From contig NZ_LN831039.1 in assembly GCF_001457595.1 (NCBI RefSeq), forward strand, positions 2,070,001 through 2,102,000: 32,000 bases of DNA, given 5' to 3'. Positions 1 through 9,916 of the stretch are shown here, in pieces; positions within the stretch are counted from its first letter, which is position 1; each line of letters starts with the position of its first letter. Both the position numbers and the translations under genes were made by a program. Source of the stretch: Mycolicibacterium smegmatis. GTDB taxonomy: Bacteria > Actinomycetota > Actinomycetes > Mycobacteriales > Mycobacteriaceae. The notes beneath the pieces were generated by a model. That model saw nothing but the letters and a program-made list of their open reading frames with translations. It ran no database searches and was not told the origin of the DNA.

Positions 1-518
1 TCGCGGGCGACCAGCAACTCGGGGCTCGCGCCCACCAGCACGGTACCGGTGTGCGGATCGCCTGCCGGGCTCAGATCCGCCAGGTACACCGTGGCCGCCG
101 GGTCCGCGTCGGCGAGTCGGCGCAGCACCGTGCGGGGATCCCACGGGGCTTCGGCGGTCAACCGCAGTGCGCGGGCCAGCACGACCTTGTCCAGCGGCGT
201 GTCCGCGTCGCGCAACCGGCGCACCGCTTCGGCCACCCGCTCGCGGTGCACATCACCCGACGGCAGCGTCTCGCGCGTACGCAGCACCGGTGGAGTGCCC
301 GTCGGCCAGTCGGGCAGCGCGCCGGCGACCCGCGCAGAAGCCGGGGCGTGCAGCGCCGCGGGCCCGGTCAGGTCGAACGGCAGCGCCCCGACGACGAGGT
401 CCGCCGCGCCCGACGTCAGGGCCGCCCTGGCGCCGGCGATCGTGGCGAAGCCTGTCTGCACGCCCTCGCCGATCAGCACACCAGACGGGCCCGCGAAGAC
501 GAACGACGGCGCGCTCAC
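1..518 (-). CDS. entC: Isochorismate synthase family protein, N-terminal part (gene continues beyond left edge)
   Basis: Manual minus-strand translation from GTG at 518 (alternative GTG 530) gives VSAPSFVFAGPSGVLIGEGVQTGF...LDKVVLARALRLTAEAPWDPRTVLRRL...YLADLSPAGDPHTGTVLVGASPELLVAR, typical of the chorismate-binding family. It is open to the window edge and overlaps the upstream stop by 4 nt. Confidence 0.85.
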   Translation of the reverse strand, partial: MSAPSFVFAGPSGVLIGEGVQTGFATIAGARAALTSGAADLVVGALPFDLTGPAALHAPASARVAGALPDWPTGTPPVLRTRETLPSGDVHRERVAEAVRRLRDADTPLDKVVLARALRLTAEAPWDPRTVLRRLADADPAATVYLADLSPAGDPHTGTVLVGASPELLVAR

Positions 519-1126
519 TGGGGCAGACACGGGTTGGGGTGGCCGGTCAGGCCAAGAGCCGAGATCTGGCGCACGCCGTGCTCGAACCCGCACACGCCGA
601 TCGATGCGGGCACCATGGATATCCGGATGCCATGTGTCACAGGCAGTTCCACCCAGCGGGCCAGGACGGCGCGGGAGAAGTGCCCGTGCCCGACGAACAC
701 CACGTCACGGTCTTCGAGGTACTCCAGTGCCAGCGCCACGGCCCGGTCGGCACGCTCGCCCACCTCCTCGACACTCTCGCCGCCCGGGCAGCCGTGCTTC
801 CACACCAGCCAGTCCGGCTCGGTTTCCCGGATCTGCGCCGTGGTGAGGCCCTCGTAGTTGCCGTAGTCCCACTCCGCGAGCAACGGAAGCTCTTCGGCGA
901 CGGTCAGACCGGCCAGTTCGGCGGTGACCAGGGCCCGGCGGCGCGGGCTGCTGAACACCAGCGGGTCGCGCAACTGCAGTTCGGCGAGCGGTTCGGCGGC
1001 CAGCTTGGCCTGCTCACGGCCGGCCTCGGTGAGATCGAGGTCGGTGCGGCCGGTGTGCCTGCCGCTGGCCGACCATTCGGTCTCGCCGTGCCGGAGCAAC
1101 AAAAGGCGGTGCTGCTGGACGCTCAC
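515..1126 (-). CDS. Histidine phosphatase (phosphoglycerate mutase-like) family protein
   Basis: ORF 515..1210; the likely start is GTG at 1126 (VSVQQHRLLLLRHGETEWSASGRHTGRTDLDLTEAG). RHGETEW catalytic motif and FVGHGHFSR second His motif. Rv3214 (gpm2)-like. Confidence 0.9.
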   Translation of the reverse strand: MSVQQHRLLLLRHGETEWSASGRHTGRTDLDLTEAGREQAKLAAEPLAELQLRDPLVFSSPRRRALVTAELAGLTVAEELPLLAEWDYGNYEGLTTAQIRETEPDWLVWKHGCPGGESVEEVGERADRAVALALEYLEDRDVVFVGHGHFSRAVLARWVELPVTHGIRISMVPASIGVCGFEHGVRQISALGLTGHPNPCLPQ

Positions 1127-1184
1127 ACCGGCGATTCTGCCCCACGGCGGGCCAAGGTCGCCCAGAGCGTGCTTGGATGGGGCT

Positions 1185-1982
1185 GTGACGCGAGTATTAG
1201 CGGTCGCCAATCAAAAGGGTGGGGTAGCCAAGACGACGACTGTGGCGTCCATCGGCGCGGCGCTCACCGAGCAGGGGCGCCGGGTGCTGCTCGTCGACCT
1301 GGACCCGCAGGGCTGTCTGACGTTCTCGCTGGGCCACGATCCCGACAAGCTGCCCGTGTCGGTACACGAGGTGCTGCTCGGCGACGTCGAGCCCAGTGCC
1401 GCGCTGGTCCGCACCGACGAGGGGATGACGCTGCTGCCGGCCAACATCGATCTGGCCGGCGCCGAGGCCATGCTCTTGATGCGGGCCGGGAGGGAGTATG
1501 CGCTCAAGCGCGCGCTGGCCAAACTCGATGGCGACTTCGACGTCGTGATCATCGACTGCCCGCCCTCGCTGGGTGTGCTCACGCTCAACGGGCTCACCGC
1601 AGCGCACGACGTGATCGTGCCGCTGCAGTGCGAGACACTGGCCCACCGCGGTGTCGGCCAGTTCCTGCGCACCATCTCCGACGTGCAGCAGATCACCAAC
1701 CCGGACCTGAAACTGCTGGGGGCGCTGCCCACGCTGTACGACTCACGCACCACGCACAGCCGCGACGTGTTGCTCGATGTCGCCGACCGCTACGAGCTTC
1801 CCGTGCTGGCGCCGCCGATTCCGCGCACGGTGCGGTTCGCCGAGGCCAGTGCGTCGGGATCCTCGGTGCTTGCCGGGCGCAAGAGCAAAGGCGCCATCGC
1901 CTATCGCGAGTTCGCCGACGCGCTGCTGCGGCACTGGAAGTCCGGCAGGAAGATGCCCACGTTCACCCCAGAGGTCGTGTAA
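1185..1982 (+). CDS. ParA/Soj-family ATPase (orphan, no adjacent ParB)
   Basis: VTRVLAVANQKGGVAKTTTVASIGAALTEQGRRVLLVDLDPQG: deviant Walker A KGGVAKTT; VIIDCPPSLG Walker B. GTG start at 1185 within ORF 924..1982. Confidence 0.92.
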   Translation: MTRVLAVANQKGGVAKTTTVASIGAALTEQGRRVLLVDLDPQGCLTFSLGHDPDKLPVSVHEVLLGDVEPSAALVRTDEGMTLLPANIDLAGAEAMLLMRAGREYALKRALAKLDGDFDVVIIDCPPSLGVLTLNGLTAAHDVIVPLQCETLAHRGVGQFLRTISDVQQITNPDLKLLGALPTLYDSRTTHSRDVLLDVADRYELPVLAPPIPRTVRFAEASASGSSVLAGRKSKGAIAYREFADALLRHWKSGRKMPTFTPEVV

Positions 1983-1996
1983 GGGCTCGGATTTCC

Positions 1997-2698
1997 ATGG
2001 CATCGGTGTTGAGTGCGGCCACGGCCACCGACCAAGGGCCGGTGCGTGAGAACAACCAGGACGCGTGCCTGGCCGACGGCATCCTCTACGCCGTGGCCGA
2101 CGGCTTCGGCGCGCGTGGTCACCATGCGAGCGCGACGGCGCTAAAGACACTGTCCGCCGGATTCGCCGCGGCACCTGACCGCGACGGCCTGCTGGAGGCG
2201 GTCCAGCAGGCCAATCTCCGGGTTTTCGAACTGCTCGGCGACGAGCCCACGGTGTCGGGCACCACGCTCACCGCGGTGGCCGTCTTCGAAACCGGGCAGG
2301 GTGGGCCGCTCGTGGTCAACATCGGTGACTCGCCGCTGTACCGGATCCGTGACGGCCACATGGAGCAGCTGACCGACGATCACAGCGTCGCCGGTGAACT
2401 GGTCCGGATGGGGGAGATCACGCGCCACGAGGCCAGGTGGCACCCGCAGCGGCACCTGCTGACGCGTGCGCTCGGGATCGGCCCGCACATCGGCCCCGAC
2501 GTGTTCGGCATCGACTGCGGGCCCGGGGACCGGCTGCTCATCAGCAGCGACGGGCTGTTCGCCGCGGCGGACGAGGCGCTGATCGTCGATGCCGCGACGT
2601 CGCCCGATCCGCAGGTCGCGGTGCGCCGGCTCGTCGAGGTCGCCAACGACGCCGGCGGCAGCGACAACACCACCGTCGTCGTCATCGACCTCGGCTGA
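1997..2698 (+). CDS. PP2C-family serine/threonine protein phosphatase
   Basis: ATG 1997: MASVLSAATATDQGPVRENNQDACLADGILYAVADGFGARGHHAS...VVNIGDSPLYRIRDG...LLISSDGLF...GGSDNTTVVVIDLG; PP2C metal-binding and core motifs. Confidence 0.9.
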   Translation: MASVLSAATATDQGPVRENNQDACLADGILYAVADGFGARGHHASATALKTLSAGFAAAPDRDGLLEAVQQANLRVFELLGDEPTVSGTTLTAVAVFETGQGGPLVVNIGDSPLYRIRDGHMEQLTDDHSVAGELVRMGEITRHEARWHPQRHLLTRALGIGPHIGPDVFGIDCGPGDRLLISSDGLFAAADEALIVDAATSPDPQVAVRRLVEVANDAGGSDNTTVVVIDLG

Positions 2699-2709
2699 CG
2701 CGTGAAAAC

Positions 2710-3927
2710 CTAAGCGGCGCCGAGGGCCACGAGTTCGGTGCCGCGTTGTTCGAGCACGATCGACCCGGCCACGGCGGGCACGACCGGTGACACGCTCGGG
2801 GTGCGGGGCAGCGAGATGTGCCGGTCGCCGGTGCCGGTCTCCGGATCGAACACGTCGTAGCCGTCGTCGACGGGCACCAGCAGTTTTCCCGCCATCGCGG
2901 TCGCGGGCCCGACGGGCGCGTGCGGTCCGGCCGGGCTGACCGTGTACTTGTAGCGCAGTCCGGCGGCGTCGAACACCATCACCGAGTCGCCGGTCCACCA
3001 CGTGACGAGGTCACCGGCGCGTGTCGTGGTCGATTGCGGCGCAGCGGGTTTGGGCAGAATCGTGCTGGCCACCGTCGCGCCGGTCTCGTCGATGACGTCG
3101 ACCTTGGGTTCCGGGGTGGGCACGTAGATCGCGGTCGTGGTGTCCGACACCGCGATCACCTGCGCGCCGGATTCGTCGGTGACGCCGGGCAATTCGACGT
3201 ACCGCAGATCCGGGGTGTCCTCCTCGTCGGCGGGCCGCAGCAGCGTCAGCCGGACCTCGTCGGTCTTGGGGCAGGACTCGATCACCGACACCGCCGACGA
3301 ACTCGCCGCGGCCGACAGCTGCCTGCACACCGGCGACGCCGGGACGTCGGGTTTGATCCTGGCGTCGAGCGCGCCGTAGCTGAGCATCCGGACCATGTCC
3401 GAGCGCCACAGCTCGAGGCGACTGTCCCCGCCGGACAGCACGGTCACGCCGTCGGTGGAGAGCTTGACCTCGGGATCGGCGAAGGCCGTGCGGGCCGGGC
3501 CACGCATGCCGGTCCTGCCGTCGATCGTGCTGACCTGACCGCAGCCGCGCACGTCGGGGTAGACCGCGACGGCGTACGAGTAGACCGAGGTGACGCCACA
3601 CAGGTCGGCGTCGCGGGCATAGGTCCACAGCACCGCGCCGCTGATGGGGTCGCGACCGTCGACCGTGCGCCCGTCGCCGGTCACCACCGCGCCGCCTGCC
3701 ACGACCGGCGCCGTGGTCTTGGGGCTCGGGGCCGTCCACATCTCGTGCAGGCCCGCGGGTACCTCGGCGGCGGGGGTCAGGTAGGGGACCGGTGCCGCGG
3801 CGGGACGACTCAGCGTCGCCCGCGCGTCACTGGTCCACCAGATGAGGCCGGCCGCGACGGCGACGACCACGACGATCACTGCGGCCGCGACGATGTCGCC
3901 GCGGGTGCGGCGCTCGGGTTTGACCAT
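2710..3927 (-). CDS. Membrane-anchored PQQ/WD-like beta-propeller protein (Rv3212-like)
   Basis: N-terminal TM helix (IVAAAVIVVVVAVAAGLIWW) followed by repeats such as DGRDPISGAVLWTYARD and YDVFDPETGTGDRHISL. Confidence 0.75.
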   Translation of the reverse strand: MVKPERRTRGDIVAAAVIVVVVAVAAGLIWWTSDARATLSRPAAAPVPYLTPAAEVPAGLHEMWTAPSPKTTAPVVAGGAVVTGDGRTVDGRDPISGAVLWTYARDADLCGVTSVYSYAVAVYPDVRGCGQVSTIDGRTGMRGPARTAFADPEVKLSTDGVTVLSGGDSRLELWRSDMVRMLSYGALDARIKPDVPASPVCRQLSAAASSSAVSVIESCPKTDEVRLTLLRPADEEDTPDLRYVELPGVTDESGAQVIAVSDTTTAIYVPTPEPKVDVIDETGATVASTILPKPAAPQSTTTRAGDLVTWWTGDSVMVFDAAGLRYKYTVSPAGPHAPVGPATAMAGKLLVPVDDGYDVFDPETGTGDRHISLPRTPSVSPVVPAVAGSIVLEQRGTELVALGAA

Positions 3928-3942
3928 CGATTGGTGGTTCGG

Positions 3943-5451
3943 TCAGCCTGCGGTGGCTGCTTCGGTCTTGCGCGGGCGGCGACGACGGCGACGACGCGTG
4001 GTCTGCTCGCCGGCCTCGGACTCGCCGGCCGGTGCGGCCTCGGTGTCCTCAGGAGCGGCCGACGCCGACTCCGGATGCGCCTCGGGATGCGACTCGGGGT
4101 GACCGGTCAGCGGCTTGCCGCCACGGGTGCGCCGACGGGAACGGGTCCGGGTGCGGGCCGGGCGATCGGCCGAGGAGATGCGGTGCTCGTCCTCGTCGGA
4201 AGCTTTGGTGGCGCGCTTCGCGGGTTTCCCGACGGTGCCGGTCGCATCGGTGGGGATGTCGAGATCTTCGTAGAGGTGCGGCGAGCTCGAGTACGTCTCG
4301 GCCGGATCCGGGTTGCCCAGGTTGAGCGCCTTGTCGATCATCTCCCAGCGGGCCAGCTCGTCCCAGTCGACCAGCGTGATCGCGACGCCGGTCTTGCCTG
4401 CGCGGCCCGTGCGGCCGATGCGGTGCACGTAGGCCTGCTCGTCCTCGGGGCACTGGTAGTTGATGACATGCGTGACGTCGTCGATGTCGATGCCGCGCGC
4501 GGCCACATCGGTGGCCACCAGCACGTCGATCTCGCCGGTGCGGAACGACTTGAGGGCTTTCTCACGGGCGCCCTGGCCGAGGTCACCGTGTACGGCGCCG
4601 ACCTTGAAGCCGCGCTCGGCGAGCTCGTCGGACACCTTCTGCGCGGTGCGCTTGGTGCGCGTGAAGACCATGGTCGCGCCGCGGCCGCGGGCCTGCAGGA
4701 TCCGGCTCACCAGCTCGACCTTGTCCAGCGCGTGGGCGCGGTAGGCGTACTGCGCGGTGGTGTCGTGCGTGGCGGCCGAGTGCGGGGCCTCGGCGCGGAT
4801 GTGCGTCGGCTGGTTCATGAAGGTGCGAGCCAGCGTGATGATCGGGTCGGGCATGGTGGCCGAGAACAGCATCGCCTGGCGTGAGTCCGGGGTCAGCTGC
4901 AGGATGCGCTCGATATCGGGCAAGAAGCCCAGGTCGAGCATCTCGTCGGCCTCGTCGAGGACCAGCACCGAAAGCCCGCCCAGCTGCAGGTGGCCCTGCT
5001 GGGCCAGGTCGAGCAGACGGCCCGGGGTGCCGACGACGACGTCGACGCCCTTGCGCAGCGCCTCGATCTGGGGCTCGTAGGGACGTCCGCCGTAGATCGA
5101 CGTCACGGTGAACTTGCGGCCGTCGTTGGTGGGCAGGTGCTTGGCGGCGCCCGCCAGGTCGTTGTAGACCTGCAGGCAGAGCTCACGCGTGGGCACCACG
5201 ACCAGGGCGCGCGGCGCACCGGTCAGTGGGCGGTTCTCATCCGAGGAGACCCGGTGCAGCAGCGGCACGCCGAAGGCGTAGGTCTTGCCCATGCCGGTGC
5301 GGGCCTGGCCGATGAGATCGTCGCCTGCCAGCGCCAGGGGAAGGGTGAGTTCTTGAATGGCAAAGGGGTGCTCAATGCCGTTCTCTGCGAGTGCGCGGAC
5401 GATTTCGTCACGAACGCCGAGTTCGGCAAACGAGTGATTGAGTTGCGTCAT
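3943..5451 (-). CDS. rhlE: DEAD-box ATP-dependent RNA helicase RhlE-like
   Basis: MTQLNHSFAELGVRDEIVRALAENGIEHPFAIQELTLPLALAGDDLIGQARTGMGKT...VLDEADEMLDLGF...SATMP...HRIGRTGRAG; basic Arg-rich C-terminal tail. Confidence 0.95.
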   Translation of the reverse strand: MTQLNHSFAELGVRDEIVRALAENGIEHPFAIQELTLPLALAGDDLIGQARTGMGKTYAFGVPLLHRVSSDENRPLTGAPRALVVVPTRELCLQVYNDLAGAAKHLPTNDGRKFTVTSIYGGRPYEPQIEALRKGVDVVVGTPGRLLDLAQQGHLQLGGLSVLVLDEADEMLDLGFLPDIERILQLTPDSRQAMLFSATMPDPIITLARTFMNQPTHIRAEAPHSAATHDTTAQYAYRAHALDKVELVSRILQARGRGATMVFTRTKRTAQKVSDELAERGFKVGAVHGDLGQGAREKALKSFRTGEIDVLVATDVAARGIDIDDVTHVINYQCPEDEQAYVHRIGRTGRAGKTGVAITLVDWDELARWEMIDKALNLGNPDPAETYSSSPHLYEDLDIPTDATGTVGKPAKRATKASDEDEHRISSADRPARTRTRSRRRTRGGKPLTGHPESHPEAHPESASAAPEDTEAAPAGESEAGEQTTRRRRRRRPRKTEAATAG

Positions 5452-5756
5452 ATGCGGAGGAGATAGCCTTTCACTGTCAAACCTCATGGGGCATCCAGCG
5501 CACACGAGTTTCGACTGTGAAACGGTCGGGTTCGCCCGGTAAAGCGGCGCTGCCGATCCGTGGGCCCAGCGCTTGGGGCGGGCCAACTGCGTGCACGCAC
5601 ATTTCCTGGTAGCGGTTTCGGGCGGCTCACCAGGCACACATATTGCACTCAGCGGTCGGCTCGAAGCCGTTACCACAAGCCATTGTAGCTGGTCCACCTG
5701 ATAACCACGATTTGCCGTGCGGGTGGCCTCCTGATTCGGCGTCTACAGTTGGCCCC

Positions 5757-6455
5757 ATGAATGCGCCTCAGCCCGCCGCCGAAGGGATTGCCGACCCGGT
5801 CGCCTCAGGCGTGACCGCCGATCATCCCGGGGTCAACGAGTTGTTTGCGGTGCTCGCCTATGGCGAGGTCGCCGCGTTCTACCGGCTCACCGACGAAGCG
5901 CGGATGGCACCGAATCTGCGCGGCCGGATCAACATGGCCAGCATGGCCGCCGCCGAGATGGGCCATTTCGAGCTGCTGCGAGATGCGTTGCAGCACAGGG
6001 GAGTCGACGTCGCCGATGCGATGACCAAGTACGCGCCCGCGCTCGACAACTATCACCGGATGACCACCCCCAGCACATGGCTGGAGGCGTTGGTGAAGAC
6101 CTATATCGGCGACGCGCTGGCCGCGGACTTCTATCTGGAGATCTCGCACGCGCTGCCCGAGGAGGTCGCCTCGGTGGTGCGCGCCGTGCTGTCGGAGACC
6201 GAACACTCGCAGTTCGTCGTCGCCGAGGTCCACGCCGCGGTGACCGCCAGCGACCGCCAGCGCCACCGGCTGGCGCTGTGGGCGCGTCGCCTGCTCGGTG
6301 AGGCCGTCACGCAGGCCCAGTACGTGCTGGCCGATCACGACGAGCTGGCCGACCTCGTGATCTCCAGTGGTGAAGGTCTCACGCAGCTGGCCGAGTTCTT
6401 CGGCCGGCTGCAGGAGACCCACCAGCGCCGCATGCAGGAACTCGGCCTGGCCTGA
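5757..6455 (+). CDS. Ferritin-like / MiaE-like diiron-fold protein (Rv3210c-like)
   Basis: ATG 5757; paired E..ExxH motifs (AYGEVAAFYRL...AAAEMGHFELL; SETEHSQFV) in an all-alpha protein. Confidence 0.7.
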   Translation: MNAPQPAAEGIADPVASGVTADHPGVNELFAVLAYGEVAAFYRLTDEARMAPNLRGRINMASMAAAEMGHFELLRDALQHRGVDVADAMTKYAPALDNYHRMTTPSTWLEALVKTYIGDALAADFYLEISHALPEEVASVVRAVLSETEHSQFVVAEVHAAVTASDRQRHRLALWARRLLGEAVTQAQYVLADHDELADLVISSGEGLTQLAEFFGRLQETHQRRMQELGLA

Positions 6456-6461
6456 CCGGAG

Positions 6462-7286
6462 CTACTGCGTGCAGGTCGCGATCATCGTGTTGTTGGCCTG
6501 GTTCACCAGGACGTTGCCCGCCGCGTCGGTGATCGAGCAGTTGAGCTGACCCGCGACGCTGGTCGCGGTCACCGACTTGAGCTCGACACCCGGATCCAGC
6601 ACGACGGTCTTGGTCCACGGCAGTGCGACGTTGATGTCGGTCTGCAGCGCGCCGCGCTCGTCGGTGTAGACGATCGTCACCAGGTCGATGAGCTGGCGGT
6701 TGCCGGTCACCGTGTAGGTCACCGCCCGGGGATTGACGGCAGGCGGCGGCGCGGCCTCGGCCGGGGGCGCGACGGGTGCGGGCTCGGCCGTGGCTGCCGG
6801 TGCTGTCGGCGACGGGGTGACCGTGGTGACGGTCTCGGGCGACAGTGACGGTGCCACCGGCGGCACCGGGCGCGGTGTCGACGACGCGTCCTGCGGCGCG
6901 GTGGTGGCCGGCTGGCTGGTCTGCGTCGGGTCGGCGACGGTGGCCGACACCGACCCGCTGTCGCCTCCCCCGAGGATCACCACGGTGCAGATGACCGCGA
7001 CCAGCAGGATCGCGCCCGCCACCCCGGCGACCCAGATCCAGCGGCGGTCGAGGGGCTCTTCGTAGAACTCGATGTCGGGGTCGTCATAGCCGTCGTCGAA
7101 ACCACCGTTGCCGCCCTCGGCGCGCACGTAGTCGTCGTAGTCCTGATAGTCACCGGCGTACGCCCCGCGGCCGTAACCGGACCCGTACCCGTACCCCTGG
7201 CTGCCGTGGTAGCTGCCGGGCTCGGGTGCGTGATCCCCGTGGCGGTTGGTCGTTGCGGTGTCATACGGCGAATAAGGCCTGGTCAT
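6462..7286 (-). CDS. MmpS-like membrane protein with Thr/Pro/Ala-rich linker (Rv3209-like)
   Basis: MTRPYSPYD...RRWIWVAGVAGAILLVAVICTVVILGG TM helix, T/P/A linker, C-terminal domain RAVTYTVTGNRQLIDLVTIVYTDERGALQTDINVALPWTKTVVL resembling MmpS proteins. Confidence 0.65.
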   Translation of the reverse strand: MTRPYSPYDTATTNRHGDHAPEPGSYHGSQGYGYGSGYGRGAYAGDYQDYDDYVRAEGGNGGFDDGYDDPDIEFYEEPLDRRWIWVAGVAGAILLVAVICTVVILGGGDSGSVSATVADPTQTSQPATTAPQDASSTPRPVPPVAPSLSPETVTTVTPSPTAPAATAEPAPVAPPAEAAPPPAVNPRAVTYTVTGNRQLIDLVTIVYTDERGALQTDINVALPWTKTVVLDPGVELKSVTATSVAGQLNCSITDAAGNVLVNQANNTMIATCTQ

Positions 7287-7587
7287 TGCGGCTATCCCAG
7301 TCGTCTCGTCCAATGTCGCTGCCGATGCTACTGAGGCTGATGTGGCGTATGAGGTTCACAGGCGCGCGTGTTGGTCACGGTCCGGCTTCGGTTCGGTCGC
7401 ATAGATATCGGCGCGATATCGGCCACGGAACGGGGCGCGATCGCGTGGCCGTGGCCGCGCCGCGGGACGGCTTCGCTGAGCGCGAACCCGACGGGCCGAC
7501 GCCAGGGCGCACGGGGGTCCCCGCGTCCACTAGCCTGCTGAAGGAAACGGACACGCAGTCCAAGCAGAGATAGAGAAGGGGTCCAGC

Positions 7588-7827
7588 GTGGAGGTCAAGA
7601 TCGGTGTCACGGACAGCCCGCGTGAGCTGACCTTCAACAGCGCGCAGTCGCCGACCGAGGTGGAGCAGCAGTTCACCGACGCCTTGAGCTCGGGAACCGG
7701 TGTGCTCGCGCTGACCGACGAGAAGGGCCGTCGCTTCCTGGTGCAGACCGCCAAGATCGCCTACGTCGAGATCGGTGCCGCCGACGTGCGCCGGGTCGGC
7801 TTCGGTGTGACGGTGGAATCCGCCTGA
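7588..7827 (+). CDS. DUF3107 family protein (Rv3208A-like)
   Basis: 79 aa, GTG start preceded by a purine-rich stretch (agagaaggg); MEVKIGVTDSPRELTFNSAQSPTEVEQQFTDAL...GFGVTVESA. Confidence 0.85.
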   Translation: MEVKIGVTDSPRELTFNSAQSPTEVEQQFTDALSSGTGVLALTDEKGRRFLVQTAKIAYVEIGAADVRRVGFGVTVESA

Positions 7828-7835
7828 GGGCAGCT

Positions 7836-8549
<714 letters not shown>

Positions 8550-8740
8550 TCATCGGGACGACATTACTACCGTTGACCGTCAGCGTGCGAAACGTGCCCA
8601 CAGGGTTCTCCATGGTGCGGCGGGTTCGCCGAGCCGCCTTCCGGGCCGGCCCCCGGGTCATGTTTCGAAATGACACCGGCGCGGTCACAGAGCGGGCGCG
8701 CGGGCGCTGGTCACACAGTCGGCTGTGCCATCCTGGTTCG

Positions 8741-9775
8741 GTGACCTACGACCCGGGACGTCGCGGGGGTGGTTATGTCCCGGCGCTGCGCGATGAATGG
8801 CGCGAGCCGTTGCGCGCACAACGCGATCCGGTCGCGGTCGATTCGGGCCGCGTGCGATCCAATCGGGACGACCATCAGCGCTGGCGCAAACAGACCTGGC
8901 TCGGGCGGTTCGTCTCCACCTACGGCTGGCGGGCCTACGCCCTGCCGGTGCTGATCGTGCTCACCGTGGTGGTCGTCTACCAGACCGTCACCGGCACGGC
9001 GGCTCCTCCGCAGGCGGCCGAGGCCGAGGGCCCCGTGCAGGGACCGCCGACCCTCGACGTCGGCACCGCGATCGTGGGCGCCCCGCCGAAGGGCCTCACA
9101 CAGTTCGACGCCAACCTGCCCACCGGCATCCTGCCCGCGGGCGGAGCGTTCACCGAGGCCGGCGCCAAGACGTGGCACATCGTGCCCGGCACCACCCCCA
9201 AGATCGGCGCGGGGGAGACCAAGTCGTTCACCTACACCATCGAGGTCGAGGACGGCCTGGACACCACGCCGTTCGGCGGTGACGACGGGTTCGCCCGCAT
9301 GGTCGACGAAACGCTCGCCAACCCCAAGAGTTGGACACACAACGGTCTGTTCGCGTTCACCCGCGTCGACGCGAGCAGCGGTGTCGAACCCGACTTCCGG
9401 ATCTCGCTCACCTCGCCGATGACCGTGCGCGAGGGCTGTGGCTACGACATCCCACTGGAGGCGTCCTGCTACAACCCGTCCTACAACGGCAGCGATGCCA
9501 GGGTCTTCATCAACGAGGCGCGCTGGGTGCGCGGCGCCGTGCCGTTCCAGGGCGACATCGGCTCGTACCGGCAATACGTGATCAACCACGAGGTCGGCCA
9601 CGCCATCGGTTACCAGCGCCACGAGGCGTGCCCCGGCAACGGCGATCTGGCGCCGATCATGATGCAGCAGACGTTCTCCACGTCCAACGACGACGCGGCC
9701 AAGTTCGACCCCGAGACCGTCCAGGGCGACGGCCTGACGTGCCGCTTCAACCCTTGGCCGTATCCCATCGCCTGA
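8741..9775 (+). CDS. Membrane-anchored DUF3152 putative metalloprotease (Rv3207c-like)
   Basis: GTG 8741; TM helix ALPVLIVLTVVVVYQTVTG; HEVGH motif in YVINHEVGHAIGYQRHEAC. Confidence 0.85.
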   Translation: MTYDPGRRGGGYVPALRDEWREPLRAQRDPVAVDSGRVRSNRDDHQRWRKQTWLGRFVSTYGWRAYALPVLIVLTVVVVYQTVTGTAAPPQAAEAEGPVQGPPTLDVGTAIVGAPPKGLTQFDANLPTGILPAGGAFTEAGAKTWHIVPGTTPKIGAGETKSFTYTIEVEDGLDTTPFGGDDGFARMVDETLANPKSWTHNGLFAFTRVDASSGVEPDFRISLTSPMTVREGCGYDIPLEASCYNPSYNGSDARVFINEARWVRGAVPFQGDIGSYRQYVINHEVGHAIGYQRHEACPGNGDLAPIMMQQTFSTSNDDAAKFDPETVQGDGLTCRFNPWPYPIA

Positions 9776-9916
9776 GCCCGCGGGGCCGTCGGCGCGACGG
9801 TGCACTTCGCGGTCCGGCTCCGCCCACCAAACTGTGGTGAGATGGCGGCTGCCGGGAAGTGTGGCGGTCGGATTACCGTTGTTGGTACGAGCAGGGTTTT
9901 GACTTGAGGAGATGCG

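Noticed and set aside
2119-2361. Short minus-strand ORFs within the PP2C gene
   Set aside because: Fully contained in a well-supported coding frame; no independent evidence.
2818-4884. 688-aa plus-strand ORF opposite the Rv3212-like gene and rhlE
   Set aside because: Antisense artefact crossing two genes, with no motifs.
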